Assembly (NCBI GenBank): GCA_016193335.1
Contig: JACPSK010000001.1
Coordinates: 343,424-407,423 of the forward strand
DNA length: 64,000 nt
From: Candidatus Magasanikiibacteriota bacterium
Lineage (GTDB): Bacteria > Patescibacteriota > Patescibacteriia > Magasanikbacterales > UBA922
Reading direction: 5' to 3'
Both the position numbers and the translations under genes were made by a program. This document shows positions 29,822-37,929 of this stretch, piece by piece. The notes under the pieces are model-generated. The model did no database searches and was not told the DNA's origin. It was given only the letters and a program-made list of their open reading frames with translations. Positions within the stretch are counted from its first letter, which is position 1. Each line of letters starts with the position of its first letter.

Positions 29822-30493
29822 CTATTGCCCCTCAGCCTCTGATCCGAAAAATAAGGATTCCACCTTTTGATCCTTTATCAAAGATTGAACCATGCCGAGC
29901 AATTCTTGATCAGAAAATTTTTCCAATTCTTCTTTTTTGATTTTGCCGGTGCTCATGAGAATACTTCTAAGTTGCGCCGGATCTTTGAGCAGGGTATCAA
30001 TTTGAGAAACAGAACTCCCCGCGTCTGGAGCTTCTTTGCCGAACAAAACTTCGCCAACGCTCGGAGTGCTTTCCAAAAGAGGAGAACCTATGGAAGCTTT
30101 GGGAGAGGCTCCGCTCGCGGTCTCAGTGAGAGCGCATACAGACCCCTCCGGACACAGAGGATCTGTTCCGCTATCAATTTCCTTTTTGTCTTCCACGCCA
30201 TCAGAATCCGTATCCGGCAAGTAGGGACTTGTTTCATAAAAATTTAATTCCTCATAATCATTGATGCCGTCTTGGTCTGTGTCAATTCTCTGAAGACGGA
30301 GCGTTTCATCCAGAAAGAGTTCATTCTTGTTCAGATCATCTTTGGAAGACATTTTCGCGAAAGGGCCATAAATGGTATTTCGAAGCTGAAGAGCTCCAAG
30401 ACTTACCGTGAGAATAGCAAAAAGAAGTAGGAAGACAAAACCTACCTTGCGTTCACGCGTAAGCGGATGAGGATCATTTTGATTTTGAACCAT
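29822..30493 (-). CDS. Membrane-anchored protein with DxDxDG Ca-binding repeats
   Basis: N-terminal TM; DTDQDGINDYEE and DTDSDGVEDKKE; 12 bp upstream of the giant gene. Confidence 0.8.
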   Translation of the reverse strand: MVQNQNDPHPLTRERKVGFVFLLLFAILTVSLGALQLRNTIYGPFAKMSSKDDLNKNELFLDETLRLQRIDTDQDGINDYEELNFYETSPYLPDTDSDGVEDKKEIDSGTDPLCPEGSVCALTETASGASPKASIGSPLLESTPSVGEVLFGKEAPDAGSSVSQIDTLLKDPAQLRSILMSTGKIKKEELEKFSDQELLGMVQSLIKDQKVESLFFGSEAEGQ

Positions 30494-30675
30494 ATCCGTG
30501 TAAGAGACTATGAGACAGTATAACAAAAAATAAAAAAATAATAAAGCGAAATAGTGCTGCCGAGATTCACCGCTTGAGATATATGATTGTTTTCCCGGAA
30601 TTTCATTCCGACCAAATCAAAATCCCAAGTCGAGACAAAAATCTTGACTGACAAAATGTATGGTCCAGATCCGGC

Positions 30676-31506
30676 TCAATCCAATCGCTGAAATAAATCC
30701 TTCCACTGCGCAAGACTGAGTTCTTGAGCTCGTATTTTTTCGTTTCCGGCTACTTCAAAGAGCTCCCCCTTAACTCGTTCTTGAGGTATATTCAAAACCG
30801 TGCAGATATTTCTCCAGGCTTGTTTGCGTTTATTGGAAAAAGCCGCACGGATCAGATTGAAAAAAGCCTCGTTGTTTTGGTTTCTATGTATATCTGTAAT
30901 TAAAATAATAGAAGAGTCCACCTTTGGCTGAGGCCAAAAAGCGCCTCTCGGTACTTGGGCTATAACCTGAGGATGGCCAAAATATTGTACTGAAACAGAC
31001 AAAATACTCATGTCTCCCGCCTTGGCGCAGATCCGTTCTGCCACTTCCTTTTGAACCATACAGGCTACAAGCCGTGGCAGGTTCTTGAGTTCAAAAAGCG
31101 TTCTAAAAGTCTGAGACGTTATCTGGTACGGGAGATTGGCCAAAACTTTGTATGGCCGAGTCTCAATATCCGGAAAAACAGGCAGGGCATTGAGAGCATT
31201 GCCCCATATAATATGTATATTTTTATGTTTCTCCGTTAGACCCTCCCAATACGGCTTGAGTCTCTGCTCAATTTCAAAGGCATACACGCGCTCGACTTTC
31301 TCTGAAACCGGAAGAGTCAAAGATCCAAAGCCCGGCCCTATTTCCACAATTGTGTCAGTGTTTTTGAGGTCGGCGGCCTTCATCATTTTTGCGACAGGAG
31401 CGGGGGAAATCAAAAAATGCTGGCCATAACGCTTGCTCGGACTGAACCCGTATTGCGCGCACAATTCTTTTAGATGAAAAGGTTTATATAAAAAATCAAA
31501 GTCCAT
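30676..31506 (-). CDS. rsmA: 16S rRNA adenine dimethyltransferase
   Basis: GQHFL, EIGPGFG, ANLPYQIT, MVQKEVAERI, FWPQPKVDS. Confidence 0.96.
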   Translation of the reverse strand: MDFDFLYKPFHLKELCAQYGFSPSKRYGQHFLISPAPVAKMMKAADLKNTDTIVEIGPGFGSLTLPVSEKVERVYAFEIEQRLKPYWEGLTEKHKNIHIIWGNALNALPVFPDIETRPYKVLANLPYQITSQTFRTLFELKNLPRLVACMVQKEVAERICAKAGDMSILSVSVQYFGHPQVIAQVPRGAFWPQPKVDSSIILITDIHRNQNNEAFFNLIRAAFSNKRKQAWRNICTVLNIPQERVKGELFEVAGNEKIRAQELSLAQWKDLFQRLD

Positions 31507-31598
31507 ACTTTAATACTGAATACCGATTAAACTAGAGCCCCAGCTCAAAAGGCTGTCTTAATTTTTAATTTGAAATTTTCAATTTTTAAACTCCAATT

Positions 31599-32756
31599 TT
31601 ATGGGGAGTCAATCTTTAATCCTGCTTCTGTATAACGATTGGCCGCGTTCCACAAAAGCCAGCCCCCCTTTGTGTATTGTTCCACCGTGTCAATTTCGGC
31701 TCTTATTTTGTCCGCGTCATAATAAGCTCCCAGATGAAAAGCTTGAATCCACGGTCTCAATTTCGCGCGTTTATCTTGAAAAAAACCAATACCTTTTTTC
31801 ATTCCATTATCTATAACAGCGGCCGGGTGTTCAGCAGGATTTGCCAGCCCCAAATGTCCGGTAGGATAATGGGAGGGATACATCATCGGCGAGATGTAAT
31901 CCACATAATCCACCGCGTCTTCGAGACGCTGGCCTATAGACATGCCGTCGTAGCGCTCCATGACAAAACCGAACATATCAATGGAAATCCAGGCCGGTAG
32001 ATCGGAAAGTTGTTCATCGAGATAGCTAAAAAATGCTTTCATTATTTCGTGACGTTTTTGCGCTCCATTAGAATAAACCACAAGGCTTATGTTCCCATCC
32101 GAAGGGAAGCGGACATAGTCAAAATTAATTTCGTCAAAGCCCAAACGAATGGCCTCCTTCGTGAGCGCCACATTATAACGCCATACTCCTTGTTCAGTAG
32201 GGTCTACCCAGGCAAGACCCAAATTGTCTCTCCACAATCCCCCCTTTTTGCTTTTAATCGCCCATTCGGGTTTGCGCTCCGCCAGAATCGGATCCTGAAA
32301 CACGGTCTGCCGCGCGATAACATATATATCGTGTTCATGAAATTTTTTTATAAGAGCTCCCAAATCCCCTATTCTGTTTTCTTCCGTTTTGAGCGTGTTT
32401 ACCATAAGCAGATTGCTGTCATAGAGCACTTTCCCGCTGTAATCTTTTATATCAATAACCACTGCGTTGAGTTCCGTACGATCCATGAGATCTATAATCT
32501 TATCGACGGTCCCAATATTTCCCGCTGAATAAGCGGTAAGATAAAGGCCTTTAGCTTCTCGCTTGGCAGGCTTCATTTTTTTCTTCTGCAAAATAAGTTC
32601 AGGCCGATTTTTGACAACAGGCGTTATGTCTGCGGTGAGAGATACTTCTTCGGCGGCCTGCAGGGCTTCAGTCCATTGCCAGACAATCAACAAAGCAGAG
32701 CCCAGAGAGACTGCCAGCAACACTATGGCGTAGAGCCTTGGGTGTTTTGTATTCAT
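31599..32756 (-). CDS. Putative glycoside hydrolase (DUF4015-like)
   Basis: NAVVIDIKD, GFDEINFDYVRFP, SPMMYPSHY, RPWIQAF; N-terminal TM. Confidence 0.8.
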   Translation of the reverse strand: MNTKHPRLYAIVLLAVSLGSALLIVWQWTEALQAAEEVSLTADITPVVKNRPELILQKKKMKPAKREAKGLYLTAYSAGNIGTVDKIIDLMDRTELNAVVIDIKDYSGKVLYDSNLLMVNTLKTEENRIGDLGALIKKFHEHDIYVIARQTVFQDPILAERKPEWAIKSKKGGLWRDNLGLAWVDPTEQGVWRYNVALTKEAIRLGFDEINFDYVRFPSDGNISLVVYSNGAQKRHEIMKAFFSYLDEQLSDLPAWISIDMFGFVMERYDGMSIGQRLEDAVDYVDYISPMMYPSHYPTGHLGLANPAEHPAAVIDNGMKKGIGFFQDKRAKLRPWIQAFHLGAYYDADKIRAEIDTVEQYTKGGWLLWNAANRYTEAGLKIDSP

Positions 32757-32762
32757 AGCTCT

Positions 32763-33374
32763 CTAAACAAACTCAAGAATAATTTCTCCTTGTCGAATAA
32801 TTTCAGCCTTCCCGTTGCGGATCCGCACAACCGTGGATGGACTATTGTATGGAAGCTCGCCCGCGTCAATGATGATATCAGGTTGGAGATTTTGATTCTG
32901 AAACATGGCGATAACATCCTCAATATGATAAGGGTTCTCGAATGAAGCCAAATTCGCCGAGGTGGAGACGAGGGGCTTGCCCAATCTTCGGCTTATCTCG
33001 GCGGCGAACTCGTGCTTCGTAATTCTAAAAGCCAAACTTCCGTCCGAAGCGACGACTCCATTCGCGAGAGAGGAAGAATGTTTTGCCGGAACCACAACCG
33101 TGAGAGGGCCGGGCCAGTATTTGCGCGAAATCTCTTCAAGCGCCGGACTCCAATCCACATATTCAGCCATCATGGCAGGGTCGCTCGCCACCACAAGCAA
33201 AGGCTTGTCCTTTTGTCTATTCTTAATTTCAAAAATACGGTTCACGGCTTCTTGGTTTCCGGCGTCACAGCCCAAACCGTAACAGGTTTCAGTGGGATAA
33301 ACCATAGACGCGCCTTGTCTCAGAAGCTCGAGCAATTCATCTATAGATGTTTCCGTTTTTTTTATTAGACGCAT
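32763..33374 (-). CDS. tsaC: L-threonylcarbamoyladenylate synthase (TsaC/YrdC)
   Basis: PTETCYGLG, KNR..DKPL, WPGPLT, STSAN. Confidence 0.95.
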   Translation of the reverse strand: MRLIKKTETSIDELLELLRQGASMVYPTETCYGLGCDAGNQEAVNRIFEIKNRQKDKPLLVVASDPAMMAEYVDWSPALEEISRKYWPGPLTVVVPAKHSSSLANGVVASDGSLAFRITKHEFAAEISRRLGKPLVSTSANLASFENPYHIEDVIAMFQNQNLQPDIIIDAGELPYNSPSTVVRIRNGKAEIIRQGEIILEFV

Positions 33375-34380
33375 AGTGCAATCCCTTTGCTATTCCATAT
33401 AATCTGTAAACGCCAGGTCGTAAAATCACATCAAAGGCATCCGGATACTGAAAAGGTTTGCCGCCAAACCCCGCTTTAAATCTGGTAATACCGCCCCAAG
33501 GATGCCCTTGAGACCAACATAGCCCATTAAAACAGATTTTCACGTCTGAACCTGAAGGCGACGAGTCTGCTTCCTGGTTTGTTGGAGCTATGCCCCAAAA
33601 ATCGAAGGTTTTCGCTCCCAACACTTCTGCCTTTTTTATAGCCGTCCACATCAAGAGATAAGGGGCCATGGCGTTTCTGTGTTTGTCCGAGGAAGCTCCA
33701 TGCAGATAAGTGAAACGGTCTGCGCACCATATATATATATTGCTCGCGATTGTCTCCCCTTTCCAACGCGCGTTCAGTTGAAAAATGGAATCCGTTTCCA
33801 GCATCTTCTTGTAATACTCCTTTGGATGTCCACCGAAACCGTCCCTTCGCGATGTCTCTTTGTGTAAAAGCCAAAACAAATCCGCGTTTTTTTCTTCATC
33901 TATTTCCAAACCTTTTTTAAGGGCCAAACCTATATTATACCGTGTCTTATGATGCATCTCTCCCAAAAGCTCCTTTTCCGATTTATCCAAATCCAAAAAA
34001 AGCGTGGAGGCGGGCTGTCTTGGATGTATATTTCGGATTTCTGGGTCAGGGGAAATATCGCGACTCTGCCATTCGGCCGGCTCTATTCTCATAAAAGAAT
34101 AAGAACGAGAAAGGCAACGATCCCGAAGATTCCTTAGCCAGATTTTAGAGCATACGACGCGGGGTATATATAAGTACTTTAGACCCAAAGCGAGCCGGTG
34201 CTCAAAACCCTGAAATAAAGCCACTGCCTCCCCTCGCTCTTCTCCAACGAGACGCAAGACTGTCTTGCCGGTCTTTTTTTGAAATTCTCCCCATTCCCAG
34301 GATTGCAAAAATTCCTTCACGCTCAGATCCGCGAAGGCCGTATTCCATTCATTTTTGTCGTAAACTTCGCGGAGATTCAT
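33337..34380 (-). CDS. FemABX/MurM-family lipid II peptidyltransferase
   Basis: FLQSWEW, KTRYNI, YLHGAS, FDFWGI, RFKAGFGG. Confidence 0.88.
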   Translation of the reverse strand: MNLREVYDKNEWNTAFADLSVKEFLQSWEWGEFQKKTGKTVLRLVGEERGEAVALFQGFEHRLALGLKYLYIPRVVCSKIWLRNLRDRCLSRSYSFMRIEPAEWQSRDISPDPEIRNIHPRQPASTLFLDLDKSEKELLGEMHHKTRYNIGLALKKGLEIDEEKNADLFWLLHKETSRRDGFGGHPKEYYKKMLETDSIFQLNARWKGETIASNIYIWCADRFTYLHGASSDKHRNAMAPYLLMWTAIKKAEVLGAKTFDFWGIAPTNQEADSSPSGSDVKICFNGLCWSQGHPWGGITRFKAGFGGKPFQYPDAFDVILRPGVYRLYGIAKGLHYASNKKNGNIYR

Positions 34381-34502
34381 GTTGCTATGATAGCCAAAAT
34401 TGCCCTATTTGGCAATGGAGGAGATAGAGCTTTGGCCAGGGCTTGATTTTTCTATCCTAACAGTATATAGTGTGTCTTGTAATTTATATAAATCATATTG
34501 AT

Positions 34503-34739
34503 ATGGGCTTACCGTCAAAGCGACGCACCAGGACCTCTAAAAGACAGCGGGCATCTCACTTTGCTTTAAAAGAATCAAATCTCAGACGCTGCGACAACTG
34601 TAAATCCCCCATTATCCCCCATCAGGCTTGTGGAAAATGCGGGAATTACCGAGGCAGGACAGTGCTCAACGTCAAAAAAAGAACAGAGCGATCCTTACGA
34701 AATAGACCCCGAACTCGAGAAAAAATGAAAGAATCCTAA
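34503..34739 (+). CDS. rpmF: 50S ribosomal protein L32
   Basis: [25 protein letters not shown]. Confidence 0.95.
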   Translation: MGLPSKRRTRTSKRQRASHFALKESNLRRCDNCKSPIIPHQACGKCGNYRGRTVLNVKKRTERSLRNRPRTREKMKES

Positions 34740-34740
34740 T

Positions 34741-35178
34741 ATGTCCAAAAGACATCTTGCTCGTGAAATTATAATACAGTCTCTCTATCAGTGGGATTTC
34801 CGCGACCGACCCACGGCCGCTCTGCCCGCAATCATAGAGCAAAATGTTTCTGAATTTGGAATGGGTATAGAAGACAACCTGGATTATATACAAAAAACAA
34901 TAGAGGGCATCACAGACAAACAAGAAGAAATAGATCTTATTATCGCCGAGTACGCTTCAAATTGGCCTCTTGACCAAATGACATTGGTGGACAGAAACAT
35001 ACTCAGACTTGGCATATATGAAATGAAATATAATGATGATATACCGCCAAAAGTGGCCATAAACGAATCCATAGAATTGGCAAAGGCTTATGGGGGTCCT
35101 TCTTCAGGCAAATTCGTAAATGGCGTTTTGGGAGCTTTTTACCATAAAGTATTTAAAGAAAAAGAAACTCATTCATAA
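34741..35178 (+). CDS. nusB: Transcription antitermination factor NusB
   Basis: [39 protein letters not shown]. Confidence 0.96.
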   Translation: MSKRHLAREIIIQSLYQWDFRDRPTAALPAIIEQNVSEFGMGIEDNLDYIQKTIEGITDKQEEIDLIIAEYASNWPLDQMTLVDRNILRLGIYEMKYNDDIPPKVAINESIELAKAYGGPSSGKFVNGVLGAFYHKVFKEKETHS

Positions 35179-35196
35179 ATAAAGCATCCGATTTGC

Positions 35197-35331
35197 CAGC
35201 ATCTAACATAATAATGAATGTTAGATGCTGTGAATTAGGAAACGGACATGCACGAGAATATACGCGGGGCAAAGCCTAAAATAAAAAAGGCAAAATCCAC
35301 CACGCAAAAGCTCACATTTCCTAATTCACAG
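35197..35331. repeat. Two overlapping inverted repeats in the nusB-rnc spacer
   Basis: 13-bp cagcatctaacat/atgttagatgctg; 15-bp ctgtgaattaggaaa/tttcctaattcacag enclosing 104 bp in total. Confidence 0.8.
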
Positions 35332-35369
35332 TATAGGCTGAAAATCGCGTGTTAACATAATAATATCTT

Positions 35370-36131
35370 ATGGCTGTCCCGTCCTATACTGAAAAAAATT
35401 TCAAGGCTCTGGAAGAATCCATCGGAATTTCATTCAAAAATCCAGACCATATCGTCCAGGCTCTCGTACACCGATCATTCCTCAATGAAAATAGAGAGTT
35501 TCCCCTCGCGCATAACGAACGATTGGAATTTTTGGGAGACGCGGTGCTTGAACTTGTAGTAACAGAATTTCTCTTCGAAAACTATCTCAACCCTGAAGGA
35601 GAACTCACCAACTGGAGGGCGGCTTTGGTAAATTCCAAAATGTGCGCGAGCGTGGCGAGGGAAATAGGGTTTGAACCGTATCTTTTCTTGAGTCATGGAG
35701 AATCAAAAGACGAAAACACCAAAGCCCGCGACTATATTTTGGCGAACGCTTTGGAGGCTGTCATAGGATCTATTTATATAGATCAAGGCTGGGACATCGC
35801 GAAACAATTCGTAACTCGCTGGGTTATCAGCAAACTGCCGGAAGTCTTGGAGCATGGTCTTTGGATGGATCCAAAATCACGCTTCCAAGAAGCGGCCCAG
35901 GAAATTATCGGCATCACGCCGACTTATAAAGTTATAAAAGAAGAAGGGCCAGACCATGCGAAAGAATTTCTTGTGGGCGTTTTCCTAGGCAAAGAAGAAG
36001 TGGCAGAGGGCCAAGGAGGAAGCAAACAGGAAGCTCAAATCGACGCTGCCGAGCATGCTCTTAAAGTTAAAAAATGGAAAGGGCCAAAAGTAGACATCCT
36101 GGAAAGAAAACCGGAGGACCCAATAGGCTAA
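35370..36131 (+). CDS. rnc: Ribonuclease III
   Basis: NERLEFLGDAVL signature; C-terminal dsRBD. Confidence 0.97.
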   Translation: MAVPSYTEKNFKALEESIGISFKNPDHIVQALVHRSFLNENREFPLAHNERLEFLGDAVLELVVTEFLFENYLNPEGELTNWRAALVNSKMCASVAREIGFEPYLFLSHGESKDENTKARDYILANALEAVIGSIYIDQGWDIAKQFVTRWVISKLPEVLEHGLWMDPKSRFQEAAQEIIGITPTYKVIKEEGPDHAKEFLVGVFLGKEEVAEGQGGSKQEAQIDAAEHALKVKKWKGPKVDILERKPEDPIG

Positions 36132-36180
36132 GCCAAAAAAATACGCGCGTCGTGACATATAATACAAGCGTCCGTGGTAT

Positions 36181-36253
36181 GGGTCGCTAGCTCAGCTGGT
36201 AGAGCAGTTGCCTCTTAAGCAAACGGTCCCGGGTTCGAGCCCCGGGCGACCCA
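36181..36253 (+). tRNA. tRNA-Lys(CTT), CCA not encoded
   Basis: GGGTCGC/GCGACCC acceptor stem; loop ctCTTaa; GGTTCGAG. Confidence 0.95.
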
Positions 36254-36298
36254 CTCGTCTTCGCCAAGCTTGCCCGGCCTAGTTTTAGCGAAGCCTGT

Positions 36299-36373
36299 GC
36301 CCTCATAGTTCAATGGATAGAACATCGGTCTTCGGAACCGAATATGGGGGTTCGATTCCCTCTGAGGGCACCA
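36299..36373 (+). tRNA. tRNA-Arg(TCG)
   Basis: GCCCTCA/TGAGGGC-ACCA; anticodon arm tcggt-ctTCGga-accga. Confidence 0.95.
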
Positions 36374-36417
36374 AAATCTGACTTTCTGCAAGCAAAATTC
36401 AGCAAGCAGTACTTTTT

Positions 36418-37776
36418 ATGGCAACAGACACCGACAGGCGCGGAAGCGCGTATAGCTTAGTATTTTTTATTATCGCGATGGCATTGTTTTTTGCCTCGCA
36501 CCCGGCCGCCGCTCAAACCTGCCCGCTTGGGACGCAACAAGCGTATAAAGCTCCGGGGGCATCGTCAGTGTATTATATAACCGATGCCTGTACCAAGCGT
36601 GCGTTTACAAACTCCAAAATATTTTTTACTTATTTTCCAAAATGGGATTATGTGGCGGGCGCGCCGGTACAACTGTTTCAATCCATTCCAAATGATCCGC
36701 TCGGTTTTATGCCATATGGACCCTTATACGATCCGCAGTACGGCGCTCTGGTGAAAATCGTGAATGATCCAAAAGTGTATTTGCTCCTTGGCGGAGAAAA
36801 ATACTGGATCAGGTCTGAAGAGGTGTTTAACGCACTCAATTATCAATGGGATTGGATCGAAGATATTGATACGCGCCTGCTCGACAAATACGCGACCGGA
36901 AGTGAGATCACTGACACCACGCGACACCCGAATTTTACGCTTATAAAATACGCGGACAGTCCGAATGTATATCGGCTTGAGGATAAAAATGCTGCGCAGA
37001 TAAAACGCCACATCACCGACGAAACAGTATTCGCCAAACTTGGTTTCCGGCTGGACCGCATTGTAACGATTCAAAAATCCGAAGCCTATCCTGACGGCGC
37101 GCCGCTCACAGACAAAGATGTGAAACCAGCGCCGCGGGCAGACGAAGCCCTGCCCTGGGGGGAGCTGGCCTGTGAAAAAAATCCGAATCCGGTGTTTACG
37201 CGCATGATCGTTGAACCGGCTATGGTCACGAATATCCTTCCTCCGCCCAATATCCATAAAGCGAGCGGCCATCTGAAAACACACAGCTACATTAGCACAA
37301 CAAAAATCGGCGTCCCCATTTATGCACCCGTTGATATGGAACTTTTCAAAGGATCACATTATGTGGGAGGTCCCTACTATTTGGATTTTAGGATAAGCTG
37401 TGAAGTGCGCCTGCGCGTGGCCCACATAGATCCGGTGCAAAAAATAAAAGACTTCTTCCCCGCTGAGGCAATTCTCAACGCTCCGGAAACCGAAATTAAA
37501 CCGGCGATGAAATTCAAAGCAGGCGATGTGATCGCGTATGTGTATCAGGACCAAGGAGTTTTAAACGTTGGCTTGGATTTCGGCGTATACCATTCCGAGC
37601 GTCCGAACAAGTATGTCGAGAGCTCTGACCCTATCGTCAAACAAAGCGACATTAACACGAATGCCGTCTGTCCCTATAGTTTCTTTACCAAAATACTCGA
37701 GTCCGCGTACCGCGCGAAATTCAATCTCGAAATCCATGAGGGGATGAAAAAAGATGGATCTTCGTTTTGCGAGTAG
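36418..37776 (+). CDS. Secreted protein with repeated beta-modules and a degenerate M23-like C-domain
   Basis: Signal peptide; three L(V/I)K..P.VY-like repeats; PIYAPVD, FKAGDVI and LDFG resemble an M23 fold. Confidence 0.6.
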   Translation: MATDTDRRGSAYSLVFFIIAMALFFASHPAAAQTCPLGTQQAYKAPGASSVYYITDACTKRAFTNSKIFFTYFPKWDYVAGAPVQLFQSIPNDPLGFMPYGPLYDPQYGALVKIVNDPKVYLLLGGEKYWIRSEEVFNALNYQWDWIEDIDTRLLDKYATGSEITDTTRHPNFTLIKYADSPNVYRLEDKNAAQIKRHITDETVFAKLGFRLDRIVTIQKSEAYPDGAPLTDKDVKPAPRADEALPWGELACEKNPNPVFTRMIVEPAMVTNILPPPNIHKASGHLKTHSYISTTKIGVPIYAPVDMELFKGSHYVGGPYYLDFRISCEVRLRVAHIDPVQKIKDFFPAEAILNAPETEIKPAMKFKAGDVIAYVYQDQGVLNVGLDFGVYHSERPNKYVESSDPIVKQSDINTNAVCPYSFFTKILESAYRAKFNLEIHEGMKKDGSSFCE

Positions 37777-37847
37777 AATATACTGAAGATATACCTGAGT
37801 GACTTCGAAAAATCGAACAAAAATTGACCAAACTTTTGAGAGCCAAG

Positions 37848-37880
37848 ATAATAAGCGGCATGCAGTGCCGCCTATTATTT
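37848..37880. terminator. Terminator between convergent genes
   Basis: ataataagcggca..tgccgcctattat. Confidence 0.6.
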
Positions 37881-37929
37881 TATTAGAAAAATTCAGAAAT
37901 TTAGTATCCTGACACGATAAGGTAAAGCC

